Part shown: positions 1-11,238 of the stretch, in pieces
Layout of the letters: each line of letters begins with the position of its first letter
How positions within the stretch are numbered: position 1 is the stretch's first letter
Assembly: GCA_025558095.1 (NCBI GenBank)
Contig: JAIVFI010000034.1
Span: forward strand, 62,001-126,000
Direction: 5' to 3'
Length of the DNA: 64,000 nucleotides
DNA from: Hyaloraphidium curvatum SAG 235-1
Lineage: Eukaryota; Fungi; Monoblepharomycota
Notes under the pieces: model-generated
What the model saw: only the letters and a program-made list of their open reading frames with translations
Databases searched by the model: none
Told to the model about the DNA's origin: nothing
Position numbers and translations under genes: made by a program

Positions 1-1320
1 GGGGACGACGTCCGGGGGCAGGGGGAGCGCGCCGCAGCGGGCGAGGGCATCGTCGAGGAGGCGCATGAAGTTGGGGAGGGCGTGGAACAGGACGCGTTCG
101 ATGACCTCGAGGCCGGCGCGGGCTTCGTCCTGCGGAGTGTCGGGAAATCAGCACGTTACTTGACATATGCGATGGGGCCTGCAGCCCACCTCCGGCTTGG
201 GTTTGGTCCGCCTGACGGCGCTGCTCCCCCACACGCCGAGCACCTCCCTGACCACCCCCTCCTTGACCCTCTCCAGCTCGTCCGGCGTGAGCACCGCGGT
301 GTCCCTCTGCGTGAGCAGCTCCGCGATCCCGTAGTACTTTCCCAGCAGCGTCTTTCGCGTGGCCTGGGTCGGATGCGCCGTGATGGTCAGGTCCACGCAC
401 TGCTCCATCAGCGCGCTCCGGATGTCCTGAGGGGACAGGCCGGCCGCGAGGAGCTGCGAGAAGGCGTCGTCCATGGTCTGCTTGAAGAACAGGGAGGACT
501 CGCCGCGGCGGTAGGCCCGCCACCGGCGGACGCGGTGCTGTCGCTCGGCGAGCTCGCCGAGGGTGAGGAGCTCGGAAAAGACGCGGGCTAGCTCGAGGTA
601 AGAAGCCGAAGTGGTGATCTGCGCCGCCAGCTCGGTGAGGGCGTCAAAGTTCTCCTTGGTCTGGTTGGCGTGGTAGGCACGGGCGCGGGAGAGGAAGGAC
701 TCGAGGGTCGAGATCAGTTGTTCTGGGATCATGTCCGTCAGGCATGGCCAGTGGCGACGCCATAACCACCCACGAGTCCCTTCGTTGCCCTTCTCGGCCT
801 CGGCGGCCGTCTTGACAATCTGCATGAGCGTGTAGGTGAGGAGCTTGAGGTCTTCTTGGAGCGGGAGGTTGAAGTCGACGGGCTTGACCGCGGCGCTGAT
901 CCGGACGATTGCGTCAATAACCGACCACTTCCAGAGGCCCGAAACAGCCTCTATGCCAGACGTAACCCACCTGGCACCCAGGTAGCCGCCGGTGGGCACC
1001 CTGACGCTTTCCTTCCTCGACGGCACCCGCTGCCGCCCCTCGGCTTCGCCGTGGTCCGGCTCCCCGTACAGCCCCGGTGGTGGCGCATTCAGGCTCGGAT
1101 CGACCTCGAAATTGGGCCCGTCGACGTAGCCGTTCGGCTCGGCCACCATCTTCCCGCCGAGGCCGGGGGTCGACATCCGCTCCAGCATGCGGGGCAGGTT
1201 GAACTCGCCCTCGAGCTGCATCGGGCTCGGCGTGAGCTTGCGGATGGTGTCGCCGCGCGAGGCCGAGGGGAGCACGGGCGGCGGCGTGGGGTTCCCGGGG
1301 GGAGGCGTCGTGGAGGCCAT
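1..1320 (-). CDS. ppc: Phosphoenolpyruvate carboxylase, 5' part (runs off window start; intron 130-189, probable in-frame introns near 724-773 and 897-970)
   Basis: Motifs LGELAERQHRVRR, DLTITAHPTQATRKTLL and VRRTKPKPE|DEARAGLEVIERVLFHALPNFMRLLDDAL after splicing the GT..AG intron 130-189 match the PEPC N-terminal region. Confidence 0.93.
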
Positions 1321-1896
1321 TGCGGGAGGCGTGTTCGGGGAAGCCGTGTCCGGGGCCGGGGGTTCGGGGTCCGTCCGCAGGCGGGTTGCAGGTTCCTCTG
1401 GCAGGCCTGGAGAACCGTCGTCTAGCCGATTGCGCTCCTCCGACGCGTGCGAAGTCTCAGATTCCCCCGTTTGAGGCCCCGGGGCGGCAGGAAAGAAGAG
1501 GCCCGCGATTCGGCCGAGCACGCCCTCCGCCGTCGTCGGAACGCGTCGCGGCGCGCCGGACGCGCCACCGATCTCAGCTCCGTTCCTCGCGCTGGCGCGA
1601 TGCGGGGTGCCGAGGCGGTGGCAGGACCGGGCGGGCGAGCGATGGAGCGGAGGAGATAGCGCGTCGGGTGCCCTGAGTTCCCTTGCGCTCGCGGGTCGCA
1701 AGCCCGAGCTCACGTGAAGACAGGGGGGGCGGTGGATCGTCGACAGTGGTATCGATCTGCATCCCAAAGCACTGAATAGTATGTACAGAGAATAGTTCGA
1801 CCGTTGCTTCCGGCCGTGCTTTCCCGAAGCCCCTGCAGTCTTGCCGATCAAGCCAACCAATCTTCAGCCTCAATGCGACTCCTGTTTACGGCACCA

Positions 1897-2411
1897 TCAT
1901 TTCCTCGCTTCGTTTTCCAGCAGCAGATATCCCTGAGAGTGCACATGAGCAAGGCCTCAGGAGCCTGGGAAGGACGAACGAACCCCGATCGCGGCCCCGG
2001 CTCCTAGCACCATCCTGCAGCGCGGAAGTCGTAAGAATCCCCGCCGAAATCATCTAAATCATCAAAGATGGGACGCACGCCAGGCTCCTCATCCTCCTCC
2101 TTTGCTCTTCCTTGCCCGCCTTCTCGAGCGGGTCCTTGTCCGGCGGGATCGCAAACCTGCGCTCAAGGCGACGAACAAAGGAGGACACGGTTGGCTTCCT
2201 GCGTTCCGTGTTCGGACACAAGAGCGCACCCGTAGTCGTCCCCCTCGTCAATCAGATCGGCCGCCTGCTTCTTCATGTCGCCGGGCTTGGCGGCGGGGGA
2301 GGATGATGCCGCGCGCAGGTGGAGGGCCGGCGGGCGGACGGCGACGTGGGGAAACAGCAGAACGGGGGTGGAGGCGAAGCGGAGAAGAAGAGAGGGCGAT
2401 GGCGACAGCAT
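1897..2411 (-). CDS. Small 4-exon protein with mitochondrial-like presequence and C-terminal hydrophobic segment
   Basis: ATG 2411 MLSPSPSLLLRFAST...; three GT-AG introns join DDYG|FAIPPDKDPLEK...RSLA|MVLGAGAAIG|GYLLLENEARK*. Confidence 0.5.
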
Positions 2412-4116
2412 GGTGTGGGCGCAGGCGGCGTGTGGAGTTGAATTCGAGTCGTGGGGTGAGTCGACTTGCGGCGACGCCTAGGCCGCATCCGCGATCCGGA
2501 CCGAACAAACAAGTCGGGCAAGCCCGTGCCGCTCGCTCAGATGCCAGACATGTACACTCCACGCGACCACTCAGGGCGCGGGGACGGGTGGTGCGTTACC
2601 GGCCTTGGCGGGTTTAGCAACGGCGGCAGCTGAAATCTCTCGTCTGGCATCGAGACTGCTCCGTCAATTCATACATGCAAACAAATTGGGCATGCACGCA
2701 ACGGCGACATCGTCACCTAATCACAGCATCCGTTCTGCCTCTCCCCATCGGTGTCTGCTCGGTGTTCAATGCAGTCCCGCGGCTACTACGGCCCAGAGTA
2801 TGAGGACAATGGTCTGGAGTATCATGCCCATCCAGGACATCACGTCTCCGCACGTCTTCATGCAGCGGCGACGTCTTTGCTCCGGCGACTCGCCGTCCGC
2901 TCCGTCCGGAGCCTGGACCACCTGTTCGTACGGCGGCGGCGGAGCGGTCGCGCTGCGGCGCCCGCCTCGGAAGCGGTCGGGTGTCAGATGCAGCGCGCGG
3001 ACGAAGGCGGCCGACCCACATATGCGGAGGGCCCTGCGACAGCTGGTCGGCTAGCAGGCACTCCACGTACGTCTGTTGCCCAGGAATACCTTGAGGCCCA
3101 GTCATTCCTTTGGGGGGAACTCCGTCCAGGTCGATCACTACCTCGCCCGGTGCGACCTTCTGCATTTCCGGCCCTGCGGAGGCGGCAGCAGCCGGTGCTT
3201 CCATCTGGGGAGCGGCACGGCCATCTGGAACGCCGGGTCGCGTACGCGTGAGCTCGCAAGTCGAAATCAGAGCAACACGGCTCGAAAACCGGGATTGGTA
3301 AAGAGCAGCTCACCCCAGGCGGCCTGGCCAATGTTTGGTTCTGCAACGGCCGAGCGGGGAGCTCCGCCACCCAGGGCGGCGGCGACGGCTGGAGCGTCAA
3401 CTATCAGGAAAGCGGCATGAGATATTTCGTCTTGCAGACGGGAGCCAACGTGCCCTGCTGCTCGATGGCATGGAGCGCGGCCCGGATAGATTCGTCGCGG
3501 GCATCCTTGGCAGGATCCCGGGTTAGGCTGCCATACCGCGGTACTCCTGCTTAGCAGCGTCAACCTGGATTAGATCGGTATCGTGAGTATAAGGCGGTCA
3601 ATCAGTCGTGCGGGAGCTCGAGGAGCAGACACGGCCCAACCCACGTTGGCGCCGTGTTCGTGGCGGTATCGATAGCTGGGGCGGCCTCGTCCTTTGTGAT
3701 CGGCCGTTGCAAGCCCTCGGCACTCTGCGAACGCAGCAGACGGTGCTGGGCCGCGCGATTTGGGTGCGGTGGGGACAGTGGTGCCGGTCTCCCGTACAAC
3801 AGGGGAATGCGACGCCGCGGGTGGCAGCGTCGCAGGCCCTGAGCGTGCTGCCGGCTGTTGCGGGGTTTTCGGTGCCGCACGTCCCGTACAGCCCTTCCGA
3901 AGTTTGTCGACGAAAGTCAGTCAGTCACGAAAGTCAGTCAATCAAGGCGGGAGCGCCCGATCGACGAAATGTGGCGGAGCCCCCGCTCAGACCCTCGGAA
4001 ACTGACACTTCTCGCCGCCGATTTCACTTGAGATCGCGGCCAAGCGTGCTCACGCTGCTATTGGAATGACTGCCGATAAACTTCATCTTTGTTTCTACCA
4101 ATGAAATCACAAAACA

Positions 4117-6251
4117 TCATGCAATCAGCTTCCGGTTGCGGTACCTCTGCACCGCCGTGTAAACTGCGGCCGCCAGCAGCGCGACCTTGGCGTAGTCGAG
4201 CAACGTCGTGTAGCTGACCTTGCCGCGGCCGTACTGGGACAAACGGTGAATGCGACGCGTGCGGGTGCTCCGGCCGGGACCCACGGTGACGTCCATCTTG
4301 GAGAAGTCTGTCCGGCGCACATTGAGCCAGTAGTGGGTGCCCGATGCGGGGTAGCTGCGGCGGCGTGGATCAGAACAGGAAACTCGGCGAGCTACAGGAC
4401 GACGCACATGAAGTTGGAGTGGCCCTTGTGGTTCTTGTAGTACGATCTGGGGAAAGAACGGGGACTTCAGGACCATTGCTAGATCAAGATTGCGCCGAAC
4501 CCACCCGCAGCCCGCAATCGGCGCGTCCCAGAGGAACTTGCGGATCTCCGTCTCGAACCACTCCACGAACTTCCTCTGCTCGGAATCCTTGACCTCCACG
4601 GTGCGGATCCCGCGCTGGAGGCAGCCCTTGATGGTGTTGCAGGCAAACTCAGCGGCGCACTCGAGGCCGAAGATGTGCGAGTTGTATCCCAGGAACCCGC
4701 GCGGGCCGTTGGTCAGGAAGAGGTTGGGGCACTTGCTCACCATGAGCCCATAGAAGGTGTCGGGCTCCTCGTTGGACCACTCCTTCTGCAGGTCGAAGCC
4801 GTCCCGGCCGATGATCTTCAGCCCGCGGAGATACTGCAGCACACAAATGAGCACCGACAACGGCGGGGTGTTTGCAAGCTCCGCACTTTGTAGAACTGGA
4901 AGCCTGTGGCCCAGATGATCACGTCGCAGTCGATCTTCTCGCCCGTGCTGGTGACGACGCCGGTCGGGGTGACCTCGACGACCTTCTCCTCGGGCGCTGC
5001 GCGGAGGGTGACGTGGGGCTGCTGGATGCAGTCGAAGTAGAGGTCCGCGGGCAGCATACGGTGGCATCCGGGAGGGTCTGCGGGAACGAAATGTCGGCAT
5101 GCGGAAACTGAAACAGCTGGCGAGGGGAACCCACATTTGGGCGTGATCTTCTCGACGAGCTTCGGGTCTTTGAGGGCCGACTTGTACCAGTCCTCGAGCG
5201 CCTTGCGCGTCGCGAGGTTGAAGTCGTTGACCTTTTCGGGGTCGTCCATCCGCCGCAGCTTCCACCCCGAGGTGTCTAGCAGCAGGTACACGTACGCCCG
5301 CATCGCCTTGGCGTATCCGGGCAGGTACTTCAGCATCCACTTGACGGTGTTCGAGAGCTTCTGCGAGTTCCGCGGGGCGATCCAGCTAGGGTTGGACTGC
5401 GGATCCCGTCAGCCTAAGGCGTCGGGCCGCTGCAAGGTGAAGGATACCTGGAAAATGTCGAGCTGGGCCACCTTGGGCGTGATGTTCTCCACGATCTGCA
5501 GCCCCGAGGCCCCGTTGCCCACGAGAACGACCTTCTTGCCCTCGAGCACGATCGACATGTCCCACTGCGCGCTGTGGCACTGCTTCCCCTGGAACGAGTC
5601 GATTCCCGGGATGCTGGGCAGCTGCGGCAGGGAAAAGAAACCAGTGCCGTTGATGACAAAGTCCGCCTTGACGGTGCGTTCCGTGCCGTCGACAAGATTT
5701 TTGACGCCGACCTCCCAGCACGATTCGCCCGCGTTCCACACCATCTGCGTGGCTTCGGTGTTGAACTGGACGAAGGGAAGGATGCCCAGGTCGTGCGCGG
5801 CCTCCTGCATGTACTGCAGGTTCTCCTGCTGCTTGGCGAACGTTTCACTCCAGTCGTACTTCGGGGCACGATCGTGAGCGGCTGGGTGCTCAAATACGCG
5901 CTTCTCTTACCTTCGGGTAGAACGAGAGGGAGTCGAGGAACACGATCGTGAGCAGGCAGGTGCTGCTCAACGCGCCAACCTCCTTACCTTCGGGTAGAAC
6001 GAGAAGGAGTAGAGGAACACGTTCACGTCCACGCCGCAGCCCGGGTACTGGTTGTTCTGCCAGGTCCCGCCCATGTCGTTGTTCCGCTCCAGGATGGCAA
6101 AGTCCTCGGTCCTGACCCGCTTCTGGAGCCAGTGGCCGACCGTGATCCCCGTGGCGCCCCCGCCGATGCACAGCACGAGGTAGCGGTCACGCAGCGGCTT
6201 GGCCGAGCGTCGGTACAGGATGGAGCCCTCGGCGAGGACGACGGGCGCCAT
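4117..6251 (-). CDS. Baeyer-Villiger/flavin-containing monooxygenase (multi-exon)
   Basis: GGGATG FAD motif, GGTWQNNQYPGCGVD, FQGKQCHSAQW fingerprint, GNGASG NADPH motif, DVIIWATGF. Confidence 0.92.
5859..6020. repeat. Imperfect ~77-bp tandem duplication of exon end plus intron in the BVMO gene
   Basis: cacgatcgtgagc...cttaccttcgggtagaacgaga occurs twice (about 5867-5943 and 5941-6020). Confidence 0.85.
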
Positions 6252-6663
6252 TGCGGCGGGTGCGCGAGGGATGTCGCCTTCGGGGGGAGACACTCGCTGG
6301 CCCGGCTAACGAAGGCTAACGCCCGGAGCCGCGGCGATTGACGATGTTCCCGCTGAGACCTCGGCGCGGAAACCGATGGTAGGCCTCCAAGAGGGCGCCG
6401 ATTCGTGGTGCCGGCGGTCCCGGGGATGAGGGCGAGGTGTGGCAAAGTGATCGGGCGGCGCAGGTGGCGGCGGCGGCCACGAATCTCTTTCCCGATCTCC
6501 CAGGTTTGTTCTCCAAAAGCGCTATTTTATACAGATTTTTAAAAATTACTCGTCGTGTGTCCTACATTCTCCCGTGAGGTTTCCAAAGGCTCGCTGAACG
6601 GGCGTCAGCTCGCGGTCGAAGGGCCCACGACCAACCCACCTTGCGCACGGCGCTCACACGTGT

Positions 6664-9469
6664 TCAGGAGCTCGCAACGGGCATGGCGTTGGCGGCCGGC
6701 TCGAGCTCCTTTGCATCGGCCGGCTTGACGGGCGCCGCTTCCTCGTCGTCGTCCTCGTCGTCCGAAGGCGGCGGCGGGGGCGGCGCGAACTGGCACGGCG
6801 TCTTGTGCACGATCTGGCAGGTTTCGAGGCACGCCAGGGTGAACTTGTACTTGCTCAGGGGCTTCTGCTTCTTGGCCTTGGGCGCCGGCGCCGCGTCTTC
6901 CTTGGGCTTGTCCCCGTCCTTGGGCTTCTCCCCGTCCTTCGGCTTGTCCCCCTCCTTGGTCTTGCCTTCCTCCTTCTTGTGCTCGGCAACCTGCTCTTCC
7001 GTGACGCCCGCGGCGGCGGCGGCGACCCCAGCTCCATGGGCGTCGCCGGCGGCCACCACCTCCCCCTTGCGGACGCTGTCGAGAACGGCCTTGGTCCCCG
7101 CGTCGCTGTTCTCCACCGACTCGGTTGCCTTGTGGACGGCGGACTCCAGGGCCTTGTTGAGCTCGACATCCTGCTCCCTCCGCAGGAGCTCGTCGGCCGG
7201 AAAGCCCTGTCGGTTGTGATCAGCTCCCGGAAGCTCGAAAACCGAGCAGCGGCCACCCACGTCGGCCGAGTTGTAATACCCCATGATCCGCGCCAGCTCC
7301 CCATCGTACGCGTCCGCCTTGGCAGCGATCGACATCATCTCCTTCTCGATTGCCTTGCGGTCCTTGAGCATGTGGTACCCCAGCTGGGATTTGGTCACGT
7401 CCCTCACGATGGCAGAGTCGAGCCGCGAGAGGAGCTCGATGGCGGTCTTGGTGCGCGTCTTGACGCCGGCGCCGTTGATGTACTTGTCCGCGCCCTGGGC
7501 GGCGGTGGCGACGGCGGGGATGATGATCAGGAGGACGGGCATGCCGGGGGAGTCGCGCGCGGGGCCGGCCATGAGGCCGGCGAGGATCGTCGTGAGCAGA
7601 CCTGGGCAGAGCAAGTCAGCGAACTCGGCTTTCTTAATCTCGAGAGCCGGAGCCCACCGCAGATGACGCCGACGTAGCCGATGCCGCTGTACATCACGTC
7701 ACGCCTCTTCATCTGGCTCATCACCTTGTTGACGTGGTTCCTCACGGGCCTGTAGGCCTCGCGCACGTGCTCGACCCAGTCCTCGTCGACCGAGACTGCG
7801 CGATCGGGGCGCGATCAGCCCAACTCCGGGCAGCCTCCGCGCAGGAAACCAACCGAAATCCAAGTCATCCTTGTTCGGCTCGCCCTTGTGGTGGTGGATC
7901 TTTGGCCCCTGGGCGTCAGCGAGCGCCATGTCCACCAACGTGTCGCCACTGCGGGGCGTCTCCCCCGGGCTCCCCCCGCCAGGGTACCCGTTCGCCCCGC
8001 CGCCTCCACCGGGCACAATCCCGAGGCCCATGGGGTTCATCTCGGTCCCCGGAGCGGCGCCGGGCATGCCGTACCCCGGGTATCCCATCCCCATGGGCAT
8101 GCCCATCGCGGACGGTGAGGTGGCGCGGGGCATTCCGGCGGCGTCGGCGGGGTAGCCGTAGCCGGGGTGGCCGTACATGGCGGGCGGGTATCCCGCGGGA
8201 GGCTGGCCAGGGACGGTGCCGGCGGGGTTGGGGGAGGTGGCGCGGTGGGCCGAGGCGGAGGCGTCTTCGGGCGCAAGGGCTGGATGCGGGACATCGGCGG
8301 CGGCGGCAGCGGAGACCATGTCTGTGGTCGTGGCGGGCGCGGTGCCGTCGGCGGGAGGGACTGGGAAACGGGTGATCACAGTCAGCGAAAGCAATCGGAG
8401 CGATCAGATCACGGAGCGGTCGACCCACCGCCCACGGTCTCGCCCATGGCCGAAACCGGCACCTCCGTGACCTTAATCTCCCCCGCATCCTGCGGCTGCG
8501 ACACGACGGCGGGCTGGGATGGCGCCATCGACACGGTGCTGGGCACCGGCCCCAGGGCGCTCCCGGGCACCCCGCCGGGGTACCCGTACATCATCTGCGG
8601 GTGCGCCGCGGGCGGGTACGCTAGTGGAGGCTGCTGCGGGTACCCGGGGACGGGAGGATAGCCGGGCTGCGGGTAGCCGCGCGGGGCGCCGTAGGCGGAG
8701 GGGTAGCCGGCCGCGGCGGAGGGGTAGCCGGCCGCGGCGGAGGGGACTTGGTTCATCTGCTGCAGAGCCTGCTGCGCCTGCACGATGGCGATCACGGAGG
8801 CGGCGAATTCAGGGGTGATCTGGGTGCCGCCGAGGGCGGGGGTAGCGGGGGCAGCGGGGGCGTCGCGCTCCTTCTCCTTGGAAGTGCCTGTGATGGTGAG
8901 GTGATCAGTGATCAGGTTGATCAGAGAGCCCCCCGGGGCGCATCCGAGGCCGTGGGCCGAGACGGGACGCTGATGGACGCACCTTTGCCCTTTCCGCCCT
9001 TGGCGCGGGCGCTGCCCTCGAACTCATCCTCGCTCTCCCCGTCGCCCTTGGTCACCTTCGCCCACGTGTCCTGCACCTTTTCCGACACCTTTCCGTACGT
9101 CTCCTTGATCTGCTCGCCGGCCTTCTTGGACAGGCTGGCGATGCGGTCCATCGTCGAGGGCCCGTCGTCGGCGCCGTACACGGTCTCGGACTTTTTCTTG
9201 GCCGACGACTCGGCGCCCTGCTTGGTGTCCATCCGGGCGGCGGCGTAGCCCCCGTCTGATCCGTCCCCCGCGAACTGCGTCGGCGGGCTGTCGAACGCGC
9301 GGAGCGACGTGCCGCGCCTGGGGAGGTTGCCGGGCGCGGTGGAGATTGTCGGCGTTGCGGGCGGCGACTGCGGCGCGGCGGCGGGCGGCGCGGGCGCGTC
9401 GGGGGCCGCGGGGACGGCGAGCGCGGGGTCGGCGGCGGCGGTCTCGGGCGCGGGGAGCGCGTCGGCCAT
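6664..9469 (-). CDS. Multi-exon Pro/Gly/Tyr-rich protein with a SLATT/DUF4231-like two-TM domain
   Basis: Spliced sequence ...KRRDVMYSGIGYVGVICG|LLTTILAGLMAG-PARDSPG-MPVLLIIIPAVATAAQGADKYINGAGVKTRTKTAIELLSRLD; long low-complexity PGY N-terminal region; charged tail. Confidence 0.65.
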
Positions 9470-10392
9470 GCGACGCGGGGGGGAGATCGGTTTTCTTCAG
9501 GGCAAGGGCGGTCTGACGGCCAGAACCAGGACCCAGGCCCGGCGGCGCAATTGGCCGCAACCGCCCGCATCGCCGGCGGTTGAGGCCGGGGTCCGCGGGA
9601 TGCGGGCTAAGTGTCCACTCCGTTGAGCTGGACGGACCATCCAGGCGGGAGACAGTGCTGCTGTCCTCAGGCCGTCTCCGGCGACTGCGGACCCTGACCC
9701 TCCTTCCGCCCACGAATGCAATTCAAGCCGGGCCCACAACGGCCCAATACTCCACCCAGATGTGGACGAGTTACACATCTCGCCGTCTCGGCGAGAATTC
9801 GAGGGCGGCCGCCCTCCCCGGCCGTGAATGGCCGGGAAGATTGGGAGCATCACATCGGGTCCAGCCCAGGCGGCGGCTGGGGAGGGTCTGCGATTCGCGG
9901 TCCGCAGGCGGCAGCCCAGCGGCGCACGGCATCCGAGGCGCGTTGCGCGCGGTATTGATATCTGCTTGTGATGAGCGGATAGAGCTGCGGTGGCGCTGGG
10001 CGGCGTGCATGGCCGGCCGACCAGGTCACCGCCTGGTTTTCAGGGGGCTTACGGAGGGACACCTCCGTAGCCTGCGGGCGGACTTGCGCTGCCGTCGCGA
10101 GCGCGGAGCGCCGAACCGGCCGTCGGGATCCTTCATAAGATGGCGTCGAAGCACCGCCTGTCAGGTGGAGGGCGCGACATCGCGCGCCCGTCGGCCGGCA
10201 CCGGCGCCCTGCACGATCGGGCACCCGACGCCGCGCCCGCGGACCGACCGCCGCCACCGTGGGCGTCACCTCTCGATTTGGTAGCCATCCCGCCGTCTCC
10301 GCCCCCCTGGGAGCGCGACGGACGGTGCGGGGCAGCCCGCTCGCCATCCCATCGCCGCCCTGCGCCACCAACAACACAACAGACGCGTCGCC

Positions 10393-11121
10393 ATGGCCTC
10401 CCCCCCTCCGCTCGCCTTCTCCCCCGCCTCCTCGAAGAGCTTTCTCGATGGCTACTCCTCGAATTGGTTCTGCTATTGGGATGGCTCCTACGACGTTCCG
10501 AAGGACCCCGAAAAGGACTACGCGTTCCGCCCCGCACTGCACCTCGCCCGCCCCGACGCGGTCGGCGACCTCGCCGGCGCCGAGTTCGTGTATTCCCCCG
10601 GCTGGGACGGCAAGTTCCCCGACACACCGGAAGTGCGAGCCGCGCTGGCCGCCCTCGCGGGGCCCAACGCGTCGCTCCTCCGCCTCAAAATCACGCAGTC
10701 GCTCTTTGGCAGCGAGAGCGACTACCCGTGGCTCCCCCTGCTCCTCCCCCCGGGCACCGCGTACGACCCGCAGGCGGTGCTGGGGGCGCTGGGCGCCCAC
10801 GCGGAGCTCAAATCGCCGGTGCACGTGCGGAAGGAGGTCCAGGACGCGGCGGAGGAGCCCGAGGAGCAGCTGGCCAACAAGGCGTTCATGAGCATCTTTG
10901 CGGAGGACGGGGCGGACCCGTCGGCGCCGGAGGAGAGGAGGAAGGCGTACGAGGAGGCGAGGAAGGTCAACGAGGAGGTCTGGGGCGCCGTGTCCAGGGG
11001 CGGGTTCCCGCTGTGCTTCACTGCGGGGAGCGAGAAGCTCAACCCCGTGCCGACTTTCATCCTGGGCAAGCTGGAGGGGGACCTCGTGGGGGGTTTCATG
11101 TCGGTCGTGATCCACACGTGA
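10393..11121 (+). CDS. Nuclease A inhibitor (NuiA)-like protein, intronless
   Basis: SLFGSESDYPW and C-terminal PTFILGKLEGDLVGGFMSVVIHT* parallel NuiA LLFMSESEYPF...DVYVIGETPAGNLAGISTKVVET*. Confidence 0.7.
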   Translation: MASPPPLAFSPASSKSFLDGYSSNWFCYWDGSYDVPKDPEKDYAFRPALHLARPDAVGDLAGAEFVYSPGWDGKFPDTPEVRAALAALAGPNASLLRLKITQSLFGSESDYPWLPLLLPPGTAYDPQAVLGALGAHAELKSPVHVRKEVQDAAEEPEEQLANKAFMSIFAEDGADPSAPEERRKAYEEARKVNEEVWGAVSRGGFPLCFTAGSEKLNPVPTFILGKLEGDLVGGFMSVVIHT

Positions 11122-11238
11122 CGACGGGCTCATCCGGAAGGAGTCGCCGGCCTGCAAGTGACTGGCATTCGAGCAATACAATAGACTACGTGTTACCACA
11201 TCCGGAGGCCTCCAACCACCACCGCCCGCCGCCGCGCC

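Noticed and set aside
897-970. SVIDAIVR in the PEPC ORF, resembling the plant phosphorylation motif SIDAQLR
   Set aside because: It lies in a probable in-frame intron (GTGGGT...ATTGAC...ATCAG), so the resemblance is likely chance
2600-4070. Several 100-170 aa ORFs on both strands
   Set aside because: No recognisable motif or consistent splice model; possibly a decayed gene but not supportable
8680-8745. Short direct repeats (also 6905-6955, 40400-40980, 43868-43895)
   Set aside because: Explained by low-complexity peptide repeats (SAAAGYP, DGEKPK, TSSSLSET, TTDG)
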